A stretch of 64,000 nt of DNA. Source: Eledone cirrhosa (taxonomy: Eukaryota). Shown here one piece after another: positions 30,243 to 46,534 of the stretch (the stretch's first letter is position 1; each line of letters begins with the position of its first letter). The notes beneath the pieces were generated by a model. It had not been told where the DNA came from. It did not search any database and saw only the letters and a program-made list of their open reading frames with translations. The translations under genes and the position numbers were made by a program. The DNA lies in contig OZ024740.1 of the NCBI GenBank assembly GCA_964016885.1, forward strand, positions 383,098,001-383,162,000, written 5' to 3'.

Positions 30243-30628
30243 TGTAGGAGGTGAGTTTTATTGTAGTACAATAAAGCAATGCAGATATCGGATAAGAAGC
30301 ACTCTACAGTTTGTGGGACTGGAGTATGCATAATATAAGATCAAAAGATGGTTAAAGGAGTTCCATATATTTTATTATGCGCATTTCAAAAACAAACATC
30401 ATCAAACAATAATATTTGCGTTTTCATCAGATAAAACAGGAGAACATGATATGAAGGCTAAAAAACACTTGTTGATAGTGCAGTTTTAAATCAACATATG
30501 TTGATTTAAAACTGCACTATCAACAAGTGTTTTTTTAGCCTTCATATCATGTTCTCCTGTTTGATGATGTTTGTTTTTGAAATGCGCATAATAAAATATA
30601 TGGAACTCCTTTAACCATCTTTTGATCT

Positions 30629-30637
<9 letters not shown>
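30243..30637. mobile_element. PLE terminal-repeat fold-back; intact HHR core on minus strand at 30369-30438
   Basis: Symmetry centre catatg at 30495-30500; the right arm lacks the CTGATGA segment. Confidence 0.88.
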
Positions 30638-30664
<27 letters not shown>

Positions 30665-30667
<3 letters not shown>

Positions 30668-31080
30668 GGACAAGTTCCATTGGTGAGGAGTTTCATTTGA
30701 TGCAAGCACCCTCTACGTAGATGGCTGGGTATGCCTCCTCAACGTTTCAAGTTACACTTTGAAAGGAAAAGGAGGGTGGGCAGAGAAGTGTACCCCCACC
30801 AAAAGACAATCGTTAAAGTGTGGGTGAGTAATGCGGGCAGGTTTCTTGTCAACGGGGCCAACTCTCACCATGCGCCTGTAGACTGGTTGGTTTTCAGGGA
30901 AGATGGGTGTCTTCCTAGGTTGCTCTTGAAGCGTCGGATGGATTTAGGTTGGTGGCGATCCTAAGTAATTGGCGAATTTTTATTTTTGTACTTTAGTGTT
31001 TTTTATTATTGATTTCCTCTTTTTACTCGCTTTTAATTTAAACCTCCTCTGTCGTTGCTTTTGAATTGCCCCCAAAATGT
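30665..31080 (+). mobile_element. Probable 3' end of a Tx1/L1-type LINE
   Basis: FKLHFERKRRVGREV...VKVWV resembles an L1/Tx1 ORF2 C-terminus (from memory of the family), followed by a T-rich UTR. Confidence 0.4.
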
Positions 31081-31099
31081 CGGCCATTGTGGCGGAGCC

Positions 31100-31260
31100 T
31101 TTACGGTCTGAATTCAAACCCTGCCGATGTTACCTTTGCCTTTCATCCTTACCTGGTGGATGAAATAATGCACCCATAATGCACTGGGGTCGATTTAATC
31201 GACTTTTCCCCTCCCCTAAAATTGTTGGCCTTGTGCCTAAAGCAGAAACCATTATTATTA
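31100..31260 (+). mobile_element. SINE fragment
   Basis: ctgaattcaaaccctgccgatgttacctttgcctttcatcc...ggccttgtgcctaaagcagaaacc plus (att)n tail. Confidence 0.8.
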
Positions 31261-31966
31261 TTAAAATAATTTTTATATTATTACAGCTATTTGAACAAAT
31301 CCATCATATCCTACTTTTTATTATTATTCTGTAGTCCATTATATTCAAACACATTTCTTATTTGAATATATTCATAAAGATCTCTAAACTGGGTCATTAT
31401 ACTCCAATATAAATTGTCTTGTATTTAGGAAAACAATTTGACATTTATATTAGAAAATAAATACTTTTGATATTTACGATTTATATTTACAGCTTTACAT
31501 CATTTATAGATGTTTTTTTATAAACTGAAGTTACATTCACCATCCTAACTTAACTATATCATACGCATGCACATTTTTGCGTCCCTTCCACCTCCTCCAT
31601 TTTTTAAAATTTTATTTACATAATAGCCAGTTAATAACGTAGGTTCACAAACTTGAGGTATGTTATATATATATGTGTGTGTATGTGTGTGTGCGTATGT
31701 GTGTGTGTATGTGTGTTTGTTTGTGTGTGTGTGTATGTGTGTGTGTTTAAATACATAAAATATAGATATGGATGATTATACGTAAACAAATATTGATTAA
31801 ATGTCAGTTTCTGAACCTCTCTTCCTTAGTTCTTTCAGGGTTTATACAATGTACTTGTTTTCAAGGTTGGTCTCGGTTTTTCAGCTGATTACATTGAACA
31901 GCGTTTCAGAAATGTTTTTTGCAGGATTTTATAGCTCATCAATACACACACACAAATATATATATA

Positions 31967-32030
<64 letters not shown>

Positions 32031-33289
32031 GAGAGAGGTATAGAGAGAGGGGGAGTGTGATAGAGAGAGAGAGAGAGAGCAGAGTGAGAGTGATTGAGCT
32101 TAGATTAGATACGATTATATCATTAGCATTGTAAAAATGTCCGTTGTAAACTGACAAAAGAACACTATACACTTAGTAGTTATTTCCTCGATAAATGAAG
32201 ATTAGTTTTCTTTTATTCTCAATGAAATGGAATTTGAAAATTCAATTTCAGGTATTTCTGGTGTGTTAGTGAATTATCATTACATTTTGTGCCTGAAAAC
32301 ACAAAATATGCACTTCCGGTTAAAATAAAGTTTTGATGTGATAATGTTGTCTTTCGCCATTTTAATTAGACTTGTATCATTATTGTGCTTTATATAACAA
32401 CAAACAAAGTTACAAGAAGTCTTATTTGTTTCACGCTTTTATATTGGAAAGAGGAAAGTATGTTCGATGTGCTGGGGTTAAGTCCTTCTTTAGGAATACA
32501 AATAGAGAGAGGATCACAATGGAGATACAGAAAGAATGTCCAGTAAAGACACACAAAAATGAAAATGAATAGGGAAAACAGAAAAAAACATTAGGTAGTC
32601 TCGGTAACAAGTTTAGAACGTAAAGCGGAGTATGTATTAATATCGTTATAAGTGAGTGTAAGTGTAAGTTTAAATGTGTCTGATTCTAAAGGTAAAATGT
32701 ATAAAGTAACAAAGATAGTATGTGTAAGTGCATATCCATGTGTTACTGGTAGCAGACATGTATGTGTGAGTGAATTTAAGTTTGAATGTGTGAACTGTTT
32801 ATGTGCGTTGAAGTTATTTTGCGTGTGTGCATAAAGTATCGGTAGTGTAGTGTATGTCCGGGAGAAGACTGGATTAGTATGTGTGAGTGTATGATAAATT
32901 ATAACGTGTGTATATATTTGAAGTTTATAATGTGCTCGTGAAAAGTGTCTGACTGGCATATGTATGTAAGCGTTTATATATTAACGAGGATGTGTCATAG
33001 GATAAAGGATGTAGTTTAGTGTGTGAGAGAGAGCATATGACAGAGCAGATTAAGGAAGATGAATGGCACATTAAGGTGAGGGAATTCTTAGTATGTGTAA
33101 AGCTAATAAAGCAGAAGTGCTTATAGAACAAGGTAAAATGTATCTTATCAAATAAATTTGCACCTTTTGCTGACACGTCACTGATAAGTACATATAAGCA
33201 CCGGCAAACACGCACAGGCACATGGGAAAACATACACTCTATTGTAGAAGCTTTCTTGGATGTTAATAATTGAATATCACATCTTCGAA

Positions 33290-33495
33290 AGAAGTGAATT
33301 GGCAGTCATGAATTGGCAGTATCGGTAGAGGGTCGGACGCCATGCTTTAACGCATAGAGTTACGGCCCTTGCCATTCTGAGTTCAAATCCCGCCGAGGTT
33401 AACTTTGCCTTTCATCCTTACGGGGTCGATACGATAAAGTACCAATAATACACTGGGCAATTGCTGGCCTTGTGCCAAAATTAGAAACAATTATA
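33290..33495 (+). mobile_element. Full-length tRNA-derived SINE (central domain resembles the Meta type)
   Basis: A box tggcagtatcgg, B box gagttcaaatcc, core gcctttcatccttacggggtcgat; several copies in this window. Confidence 0.85.
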
Positions 33496-35729
33496 ACAAC
33501 TAAGGGAGTACCTTGAGATATTTGTCTAGTTTCTCTTCGCTTAGAGGTCACATCCCACCGAATTCAAATGTGTGTTTCAACAGTTCGCTGGCGATAAATA
33601 TTGTACAGGTTCAGAGCTCATGTTGATTCAACTCTCGTTTTCTCTTAGGAAATGTATGTTGTGATCAGACTTTGAGAGAATACACAATGTTTCCATGCCC
33701 AAGAGGCACCATATATCAGGACGACAACTCTTCAAATATATCATATGTTCAGACCCCCGTCATGGAATGGCATGTATACGCTTAAGTGTACGCATGTTTA
33801 TGTGTTTGCTTGGGCATAAATATGTATTTGATTATGTAAATTCAATTACGTATGCGTTTATGCATAACATTATATACGATATATCGTCGAGTATCTGTGT
33901 GCGTGAATATATTCATATATAGAGAACTGAACATTTGAAGCGATCAATAATTTCTCTCGATCGTCCTCATCATACAGTTTCTTCAATTTCATTCTCCATT
34001 AACCACATCTATCAAATAAACTCGCTTCAGATGCGTTATTTTATTGCTTAATTTACCGTAAAGTGGAAATGATCCCGTTGCCTAAAGTAAAATATTTACT
34101 CTTTCTCGCCATTCCAATTTTCTTTCCTTTTATTTTTTCCCATCTTCGTTGATCTATCTAGATTCTCAAACGAGATATCAATTATTTAAAGAGCAACGCT
34201 GTTGTTTTGCCAACACATCTGTTGATAGGCGCATTCCATAGAAGCAGAACACTATATTGTATTTCATAATTCAATGCTATTTCTGGTACCTGAGATGGGC
34301 ATGGACAGTCTGAGCCAAATATAAAAATTTCTTTTATCATTTAACGTTCATCTCGATCTAGAAAGAAGAAATAGTTTTACAGTTACTGTAAACATTTTTT
34401 TCCTTTTCTTAACTTTGCATGTAATACGCGTTCATTTCAAACGATCAGGCACCTCTATCACAGTAAACTTTTATATAATAAGTATAACTTATAGTCTCGT
34501 TGACTTTTTAAAACGTAAATATATTTTTGGACGCACCCAACATATGATAAGTTTAGTGATGTAACATAATGGGGTTACGATATTTTTTCACGAAAATCAC
34601 AGGTCTGGATCATAATTATTTTTCTCTTTCAATTTATCTCCTTTACTTCTTTATTATTGAAACTAACACTATTTCTATTTTTATAAATTCACAAATGCGT
34701 ACACTGTATGCTGCCAGAAATAGCAGCCAAATATCCTTTAAACCAATTCCACAGCGTTTGAACTTGAAATGACACATGAGACAAAGTAAGTCAACATAGG
34801 CATAAACAACCCGGATTGCCATGACTAGAATAATTTTGATAAAGATTCTGCCATATTCTGTCCTAGTATGGGAATGCAAAAAGACCTCAAGGTATTTTAT
34901 ATATGATAATATTAGATGCTAATGTGTGAGCTGCAATCATATGAGTAAATACGCATAAAATGCCAACAATTTGAATATTCAGTTTAAAATCGTCGATAAG
35001 GGCTAAGATAGTCTCGGTTGATTGAAGTTTTTAACTCATGTTGTATTACATAGATGAGTCTACTGTATCATTAGCAATCTCTGTTAAAAAGTATTGATCG
35101 TCTATTTTCTTCATGTTTTTACTGTTGATCTTTCTTTACAATTTTCTATTTACAGATTAATTCTTTTTATCATGCGTTATGCTATGTGTATGATTCTAAA
35201 TGTTTTTCTAAAATCAGTCTACTCTTCTGGAACTATCCTCGATTCGTATCATCAATATCAACTAGTCTAGATTGGCAAGAAGCCACGTGTTGTAGTTTCA
35301 ATCATATTAAGTACTAGGCTGTGAATTAGTTTATCAAAACTTGAAATATTAACCTATTGATACTCAACCAGATGAAACATATCTTATTCTACTATACAAA
35401 TCTGTTTATATTAAAGTGTTAGAATTTATCTAAAACCCTCCATCATAATGATATATTATCTTTATTCTATGTTCCAAACCCAAATTACTTTATTATTTTC
35501 AAAATTATTTGAAAATCAGAAACAGTGGTTTCATTATAAATATGGTAACGTTAGCCTGGATTGATTTTGTTTCAATACATACTGGAACATGATAGTTTGC
35601 CGTCCGCTGATATTCTAGTGTCTACGGCATTATAACGCCCATTTATCATCGATAATATATTCTTATATTCTTAATTTTGTGTGTGTTTTTAAATAATGCT
35701 GATTTATGGTAACAATTCAGTTATAATAC

Positions 35730-36060
35730 ATGTCCATAATATATGAAGCCAAAATTAAATATTTTAACAACAACCAAGTGGTAAAATATATTGTGGGCAT
35801 GGAGCCAGAAAAATTCAAACAAAAATTGCATCATGTATCTCGACTTTTGGATATCCTGCAATAAAGATAGCTACAACACTTGTTAAACGAATCAGGCAAT
35901 GGAATGGCAAATACATGCCCTATATGGAAAATTACTAAAATGTCCAGACGATTAAACAACGGTTCAACAATTTGCGCCCGCCGAAACAGTAAAAAATATC
36001 AGAAGTCAACAATAGTATAATCATCAAATAAATACCTAATAACGAAAGACTAGAATTTTA
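35730..36060 (+). pseudogene. Old, heavily decayed PLE GIY-YIG remnant
   Basis: SIIYEAKI...KYIVGM..KFKQKLHH, then IWKI..LNNGSTICA. Confidence 0.4.
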
Positions 36061-36430
36061 GCGCTGTTTACCTGGTCAACTAAACTCACATGCACAAACA
36101 CCCATTCTACAAATATTTTGTATTAAACATAATAAACCCATAAAAATAAGCGTCAATAGGTAACAGGTTATGAGAGTATGGATCGGTATTATGTTGGGTT
36201 GCCTTGATACATAATTGTTTTGAATCAGTCCACACGTCTGAAGAATAGATTCTTGCTAGAATGATACTTATGTTAAAACTGTACTCTGAGAATTATGTGT
36301 AACGAGTGATATGCAAAACAAAACAACTTTAAAATGAACCTGTGGTATATATATATATATAATATTTTTTTAGCTAATCTCTTTCGTAGGAATTACTGAA
36401 TATGTAGGGTATCTATCTATCTATCTATCT

Positions 36431-37915
36431 CGGAGAAGATAGACGCGTTTTTGTTTCGCTCCGGCATTTTGTCGGAATTTATTACGAGAAGCGGTAGGTC
36501 TGTTTAAGTAATTGATTATTGTTTGTGTTTAACCCCTCGCCTGGGCCTGCAGACGTTGGGTAAAATAAATTTCGCCCCTTTTTGGGGCGAAATTTAATAG
36601 TTATAAGTTGTCGATAAAAAGTCGTTTAGTGATAATGGACGCCATTAATACAATGCATGCCATGTCCCCCAAGGAAAGTGATAGAGACAAGGTAGCAGCA
36701 CAACGCTGTAAGCCTTCCCTCCTCACTCCCGCAAAAGACACCACAGAATCAAAAGAAAAAATTCTGGAAATGGGTGAAATCCCAAAAGTAACAATTACAC
36801 AAACAAGAACAACAATAACAATAACAACACAACCAACAAAAGTAACAATGACAATAACAACACAACCAACAGCAGCAATAATGACAACCCCAACAAAGGA
36901 AAAAAGCAAGCCAACACGAATAACAACAACAACAATGATAACAACACGAAAGAAAACGGACCCACAGCTGCAGTCTCCTTCGCACAGGCGGTCCGAGAAA
37001 CGCAGCCATACAAGGCACTGGACATCTCAAATGCCAAGAAATTGCTGAAAGAAGCAAGGAATTGTGTAAATTTCGGGGAAGGTAATTCACAATTACCTCT
37101 CCCGAAGAAATTAGAAGGGACACAGTCCTCAGGACTGTAATCTTTAGGACAGTTTCGAACACGACTAGGAAACCGGCACAATTGTCCCAAAGCGAAATTG
37201 AGCTGGTCCTAAGTAGTGCCTGGAAGGATATCGCTTTCATACAGAAAGGGAAACTGTATGGAAGCATATCTGTTTTAATGCACGGAAATATTCTGTGTCG
37301 GCCATTGTATCCAAAGCATACACCTTTTTCCCCACATATTTATGGAAAAGATCTCAAAAGATAAGAATCTCGGGCATCAAGCCAAATGCGAGCATTTGGT
37401 GGGTGCTAACGGGATTCTTAGAAGATGATGACACAATCCTTTCGAGAAGCGAATCCACCGGGGGCGTATTCAGCGGCAATAGCCTTGAAGTTCTGGTCCA
37501 AATGAGACCAGAACGGAAAGTAACAGTACCGCAGCGTGTGTCCCTGGATGGAGTCGCCTTCATAAACATTTCGGTTAAGGGCAAGCGGCCTTCATGCTAC
37601 CACTGTTCAAGAAGTGGTGACCTGAGGGCTTCCTGTCCCCTTTTAAATCCCCCCCCCCTCCCCCAAAAGACGCTTCTGCCCACCCCACACACAACAATAC
37701 AACTACCACCACCACCACCACCACCACCACCACCACCACAACAACAACAGCAACAACACGAAAACATAACAACGCAAGACACTGTCCCACCCAACTTGGA
37801 TTGTTGAATTTGATTCGTTATATATTTTTACACGTCCCTTGAAATGTATGTAAACTCCCCCTCTTGTATTTGTCCCAATCTTTGATGCCCTGGTGGCAAA
37901 TAAATAGAAAGTTAT
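36431..37915 (+). mobile_element. ORF1-only non-LTR element (gag-like ORF1, no ORF2)
   Basis: Frameshifted ORF ~36635-37807 with SFAQAV, an RRM-like region and knuckle CYHCSRSGDLRASCP; then a short UTR and aataaa; (TATC)n on the left and a degenerate copy on the right. Confidence 0.7.
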
Positions 37916-37929
37916 CTATTTATATATCC

Positions 37930-39650
<1,721 letters not shown>

Positions 39651-40303
39651 GCTGCCTACGTGCGTGTGTGAGAATAACGCAATACAATCACTTTTTCATA
39701 GAAATTCCATTTTTGCGTGCGATAAAATTAATGAATTATTAAAAAGGAAATGAAATTTTCTGTTGTGCATGTATCACGAAATGGTGTAAGAACGTATATG
39801 TGAATTTAAATTACTTCTATATTTTATACAAATAAATACATATAGTAATTAAAGTAAAAAGAATTTATTGTACAAATCCATCGCATATAGAATATTTTCT
39901 TTCAAAATTTCTATTAAACAAGCGTTACAAACATTGATTTTTTATGCCGGTCCTCATTGGTGTTTTCTTTTTTAGTTGATTTATTCTATGTGAATGAGAA
40001 AAAATATACTGATTAGAATTATGAGAATTAAGAAAAATGATATATATGCTCCCTTTAACTTCAATGCATGTTACGTATTTACATTACGATCTAAATTTCA
40101 TAAATTCTTACACCATTCATAACTTCTTTAGATTATGATATACTAGAACTTATCAAATATTGATTTATTTTATGATTAATTATTTTTTAATAGATCTGAT
40201 CACTTCAAAGTAAAGCAATTCTATGCAGTCACATTTATGCCGAATTTCTTAGACTATTTTTCCTTGTCCAAATATATATTGAGGCTTGTAACTTACATTC
40301 ATT

Positions 40304-40354
<51 letters not shown>

Positions 40355-40359
<5 letters not shown>

Positions 40360-40536
40360 GAGAAAAAATGAAAAAAAACGAGATGTGCTACACGAGTGAA
40401 AGTACAAGGAGAAAAGATGAAATCGAAGATGCAACTGGAGTCTTTTTTAAAATATTTATTTGGTTCTTTTACCGGTTTTGCATTTCTTGCGCTTTTCAAA
40501 AGTAGAATTGAGATGGAGGGTCTGTGGTTTTCTCGC
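40355..40536 (-). repeat. Terminal-repeat fragment with degenerate HHR-like motif
   Basis: Reverse complement of 46535-46750; ctt-TTGAAAA-gcg..tgc-AAAAC-cg-GTA-aaag. Confidence 0.7.
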
Positions 40537-40551
40537 ATATATATATATATA

Positions 40552-40816
40552 TGCAAAAGTTCTATTTAAAGTTGTTGGGATACAACAAGTAAATATTTTT
40601 ATAACTGATATAAAGCACTCGACAAGTATTTGGAGTAGATATACGATATTAATAAATGGAAACTATATTTATAAAACCATATTTATTTCATTATACATAT
40701 TTCAGGGATACCACATTAAATTATGGTATGCCTTCATCAGACAAAATACAATATATAACAGTTTTACAAATAGCTTTGACGTACCCTTTTACAATGCAAC
40801 CATTACTTTTGGAGGC

Positions 40817-40820
<4 letters not shown>
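40552..40820 (-). mobile_element. PLE terminal-repeat fragment related to 53130-53335
   Basis: Shares attaataaatggaaactatattt.taaaaccatattt with 48650-48690; carries an HHR. Confidence 0.8.
40684..40749 (-). ncRNA. Minimal type I hammerhead motif
   Basis: tattttgt-CTGATGA-aggcataccata atttaa tgtggtatccct-GAAA-tatgta-TA-atgaaata. Confidence 0.72.
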
Positions 40821-40867
<47 letters not shown>

Positions 40868-41083
40868 AATATATATATATGGTTATATATATATATATAT
40901 ATATAAATATATATATATGGTTATATATATATATATAAATATAGATATATGTTTATATATATATACATATATATATATAGGAAAAGTGTGAGGACCCTTT
41001 TACTATTACCCACTCTACTACCCTAAGCATCGAGTACTCTGGTACGTTATGGTTCACCTGGTTCCTTACCACAATTTCTATGT

Positions 41084-41125
<42 letters not shown>

Positions 41126-42354
41126 TATATGTAGGTATGTGTGTAATGTGTGTGTGTGTGCGTGCGTGCGTGTGTGTGTGTGTTTGTGTGTGATTTTGTG
41201 CGTGTATTATGTGTGATAGACACTCATGGATTTAGAGTTTACATAGGATATGGTGCCAATGGATATTGTAGCTATATACGCGTCATGATTGCTACAAAGT
41301 AGGCTGGGTTACCAAGCACTAAACATCAATGATAATCCATATTATAAATTTGCAATGAATCCTTTCATCTTTAAAAAGCAAGAGCTGCGTTAAAGTAATG
41401 TTATTCAACACATTCAGAAGCGAAGTAGAGCAATATTCTTCAAGAATAATAATTAAAAACATTCAGTAAAAACAAATTCAGTAATTTAGATTAATTTATG
41501 TGCATAATAATATGAGCCTTTAGTTTTTCAGTTAAAATAATTATGAAATGCACGCATGAAATATTGACAGTACGTACGGTAGCTTGAAAGATTATATAAA
41601 AACGCCAGGACAGCATAGAAAATAACAACAGAGAGTACGATAGAGTGAGAAGCAATTTTATTGAAGATATGTTTCTATTAGAAATGAGGGAATGCTCGAA
41701 AAGGAGTAAAAGTGAGAGTATTAGAATATATTCTGATCATCGGAGCAAGTTTTAACGAAATATTATTTTGCAAAATAAATCCTATCGTTTACAAACACAC
41801 TCATCTTATACTGAATGTAGAATAAAGAAATAATTATTAGCCTGGCATATTCGGGAACATTGTTGACACATAATTCGACTATAAAGTAAAAATATAGACA
41901 GGAAGGTGCTGACATTAATCAATGAATACGTGTAAATTTACCGTGACTTAGGACGTAAATCTCTATATGAATGCGTCCCCCTGGGAGAGACTTTAACATT
42001 AATGATAACTTTAATTATGTGCCGGATTAATTTTAATTAGATATTAATTAAATAACAAGATGAATATCAAGAATAATAGGAAAGAATATGCGATTAATAA
42101 GAAAAAATCGAATGTTGCGTGAGGATAGTAAAAATAATGTTTCGTGTTTTTAATTTTTATTTTCAATGTTAGGATACCCCATAATTCTTTGTGCTAATCT
42201 CCAAATTTAATTTTCTATTCTTTGATCTATCTGCTTTAAAGAAAATAGTATTCTCTGATTGGCATTACTTCTTCAAAAATTAAAATCGACAATCCCTTTT
42301 TTCTTTAGAAAATACAAGAGAATATTATTTTCCTTTTGTCCAATATATTTTTAA

Positions 42355-42453
42355 ATCATCAACACCATCATTATCCTTGTCTTCTTCATCATCCTCATCA
42401 TTACCATTCTTCTTCTTCTTCTTCTTCTTCTTCTTCTTCTTCTTCTTCTTCTT

Positions 42454-42486
<33 letters not shown>

Positions 42487-42617
42487 ACTGCTGGTGTTGT
42501 TGCTGCTCCTGCTGCTCCTGCTGCTCCTGCCGCTCCTGCTGTTCCTGCTGCAGCAGCACCACCACCACTACTACTACTATTACTACTACTAGTAGTAACA
42601 CCACCACCACCACACCA

Positions 42618-42708
<91 letters not shown>

Positions 42709-42890
42709 TTGTTATTAATCTTTTGGTTATTGGTGTTATCAAAACAATTACAAATCAAACTAAGCTTCAACCAGGTTATTATTAATGTCATTAATGTCTA
42801 CTTTATGTAAACCCTTGTGGTTAATAAAGAAAGTATTATTATTATTATTATTATTATTAATATTGGTAATAATAATAATAACAATAATTC
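42355..42890. repeat. Compound trinucleotide microsatellite (TCT)n/(CTG)n/(CTA)n/(TTA)n
   Basis: Direct reading. Confidence 0.95.
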
Positions 42891-44818
42891 ATTTTTTTGA
42901 AAATAATTATTATGAAACTACGTCATTAGCAACTCTATTCTTCACTTTTTGTTTCATATCAGATTTTATTTTCAATAAACTTTCAGATTTTCTTTTATTG
43001 CGGAAATCGACCATAACACATCATGTCATCTCGATTAATTATTGATTTCTGCCTATAAAGCTTCTTCCACAAAGATCAAAGCATTCTAAAAAATTGCGAA
43101 ATGACCATACCATTGTCAAAGTGAAACCGTTTTTCAAATATCAACACGTTAAATGCATGTGTCAATTATTACTGCAACTAACATTGTTTTTGTCTTTTCT
43201 GCTGATATTGATATTTTCGATTAGATTATTACCATTACCATCATCACCATCCCTATTACTACTACTATTTTTATTCTTATTTTTTATCATTATGAAATCC
43301 ATTATTAGTATTATCAGTATGATTATGATTACTTTTAATGCTGATAATTTTGTTACATTGTTTTCTTTCTAGTATGTTTGTTGACGTTGTCTTTTATGAG
43401 TTTTTGTTATTTATTTTGTTGTTTTTGTTTTTTCCAGCTTCATCTTTGCCAACTGTTTCTTTCTCAATCTGTTTTATTTTCGTTGTTTTTTGTTTTCAAA
43501 ATGTATTTCGTTTCAGTATGGTTTCATATAATCGTCCGTTAACAGCGAATGTTAATATTGGTTCACGTCAATATCTAATAGAAAAATTGATTTTCAGTTT
43601 TGCACACACCACAATACTTCAAAAGTATCAAAACTAAAATAATATCTAAATAATTCTCAATTTTCGCTTTTAAGAGTTATTGAAATTCATAGTGCAAGCA
43701 GAACATCCTTAACAGGGATCACAATAATTATCGTTATTTAATTTTTTTTTAAATTTCATATCAGGAAATACGAATCTAATTTTACGACATTTAACACTAT
43801 ACCAATTGTAAACAATGTGATTATAAAATGAATGTTCTAAGTTTCAATCGAAACAGCTTATGCAAAGGAATTTTGATTTGATTAATGCTTTAAATCTTAG
43901 AGAAACTCGTAATCTTGTAATCAGATTACAAATACAAAATCTATTACATACATTTGTTTCTACTTACATTCAAAGGTAAATTGGTAATCATTGTAGACTC
44001 GACAAATTCACACGTATGTATAAAGATGCATATATCCTTTACAATGTAGGGATATATGTATATATACATAGATATATAAACATACACAGATATATATATA
44101 TATATATATATACGCACTCTCACACACACACACATATATATGTGCGTGTGTATGCATATATATATATATATATATATATTCATTAAATATGTTAAAAGAC
44201 AGTTATTAGCATCATCATTTTATATACAATTCTTTCTTCCTCCTGGGACTTATCAAGATCGATTATTTCATACATCATTACCTCAACACATTGCTCGTTC
44301 CGAACGCACAAAAAATTCAGGGATTTTTGTTTGCATTTTATAAAACTGTTCAGTCAACAACAAGACGTGTGTGCTTCTTCAAAAAAAGTTTTGGGGGCAT
44401 TTATAAATAATTTAATATGTATTGAAACTATCATTGCCTAAGATTATAAATTATTTCATAGAAGACAATCGTTCCAATGCTAGTATGAACGAAAGTCATG
44501 CTGCACCTGACAAATAATATCTCGCTCGAAAGGTTGAAAGTGTTGAGGTAATTATTTATGTAATCATCGATTTTGATAAGTCCCACGAGGATGAAATGAT
44601 TTTCAATCAAATTATCATGTGAATACGTTATTGGTAACATATTTTAATGAATAATTTGTTCCACATGTAATAAAGCTGACACACTAAAATTTCATAAATA
44701 ATATTTTCTTAAATAATATTAAATGTAGCCATGTGTATCGTTTATTATAATAAATTACAGTAATTTGAGCTGATATAACTTTTGCACCTACAACTTTCTA
44801 GTTTTTATATTTGAAAAT

Positions 44819-44891
<73 letters not shown>

Positions 44892-45721
44892 TGGTGTTGG
44901 ATACTTAAAACATCCGTATGAGGTAAGCCGTATAAGAAAATCTGCTACGCAGAATCGAGACATATCCGAGGACGGCGCGATTTCAGAGTCAGGTTTGATC
45001 ACCACATCGACGGTGCCTCGAGCTGGTTGCCCTAGAAACAATTGTAATATGTGCAATAAATTCCTTTCGTCGCAACACTGATTCTCTTTTTTCTGTAATA
45101 TATATATATGTGTGTGTGTGTATGTGTGTATGTGTGTGTGTGTTTGTTTGTGTGTATGTGTGTGTAATAAAAACACGATCGGTACAGTATATATATATAT
45201 ATATATATATATACAAATATATATATATGTGTGTGTATGTGTGTGTATGTGTGTGTGTGTGTGTACATATGCATACATACATATATGTATATAGAGCAAA
45301 TTTTGATCACATAAATACGATTTTACATATTTCAACGACTATAGATTCTACGAATAATCTGTTATATAATCCTGAAATACATACGCACTTGGTAGTTAAC
45401 TAACATATTATAACAATTTAGTATAAATATATTTAATGGTGATAAAATGTACACCCTGAAAAGGTAGGCGCTGGCAATTCCATATTTCAATCAAAATAAT
45501 GTAATTCTAGTGTCGGAGAATGGAACCTAATCTTCCAGATCTTGGTGTTTAAAGAATGTTCAAGTGTGGATCCAAAAAGCCCACGTAGATATGCTCACCA
45601 ATGCACATGTGATTGAATATTATACTGAAAGAACTGTAGTCTATATATTTTCGCCGCAATTTAAGTCACATCACCGTGAACCATAATCACCATCTCTCAT
45701 TCACACATTTTCTTGTGTATA

Positions 45722-45753
<32 letters not shown>

Positions 45754-45758
<5 letters not shown>

Positions 45759-46530
45759 TAAAATAACAGATTAAAGTTTAAGCAAAGAATCGTTGCCTTC
45801 ACCCCCAACGGGATCTTCTGAAATTAACAAAGTCAATCTGTAAACGCAGAAGTGGATATTTCAAAAAACGTTGCAACCGGAGGAAAACAGGAAGACGATA
45901 CTTTGGTTTGTGGAAACTTTCCCTTCACAAAACATACAGGTAATATATACTAATCTATGCAAATAAGTAATGGTATAAACATAACATATACTTAGCTACC
46001 ACATCAAGACGTAAAATATCCGCGTATAGATCGTACTATTCGTTAGGGTATAATGTGGGGCTGTAATACAGGAATGTTTTGTGCAATTTAAGTTTAGAAG
46101 CCGAAATTGCCTCAGATTTTTAGTTTAAGATGTGGTCTGTGGCGTAGAGTATTTCCAGGGCCTCAGCGGCGCAGAGGTCACATGATCTTTTATTTCCGTT
46201 ATACGATCTAGCCCTAGCTAGGATCTCCCAGCGTAACTTATATTGGGCGTGGTTGTCTTTTAAAACTCCAGATATAAACTGAAAGCGACGTCATATTACT
46301 TCTTAGAGGGTAACAAAAATAATGGCTATGCATGTAAAGACGCTGATTGAATCTATTACTTGTATGTTTTGTGAAGGGAACGTTTCCACGAACCAAAGTA
46401 TCGTCGTCTTGTTTTCCTCCGGTTGCAACGTTTTTTGAAATATCCACTTCTGCGTTTACAGATTGACTTTGTTAGTTTCAGAATATCCCGTTGGGGGTGA
46501 AGGCAGCGATTCTTTGCTTAAACTTTAATC
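45754..46530 (-). mobile_element. Short PLE fragment (GIY-YIG C-terminus) with ~170-bp inverted termini
   Basis: 45770-45938 is the reverse complement of 46360-46530; 46056-46355 matches 17900-18190 (FNQRLYMHSH..TSLSVYIWS). Confidence 0.87.
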
Positions 46531-46534
46531 ACAG

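Noticed and set aside
33290-33400. tRNA genes at A/B-box motifs
   Set aside because: No cloverleaf; the boxes continue into multi-copy SINE bodies
42336-42791. Poly-Ser/Cys/Thr ORF resembling a metallothionein or mucin
   Set aside because: Compound trinucleotide microsatellite open in several frames, with no splice or codon evidence
41200-44800. Host exons in apparently unique AT-rich DNA
   Set aside because: No ORF with recognisable homology or convincing splice pairs; small exons cannot be excluded without RNA-seq
45754-46530. MITE or DNA transposon suggested by inverted termini (also 4948-7550)
   Set aside because: The interior is PLE coding sequence and the arms are unequal terminal-repeat copies
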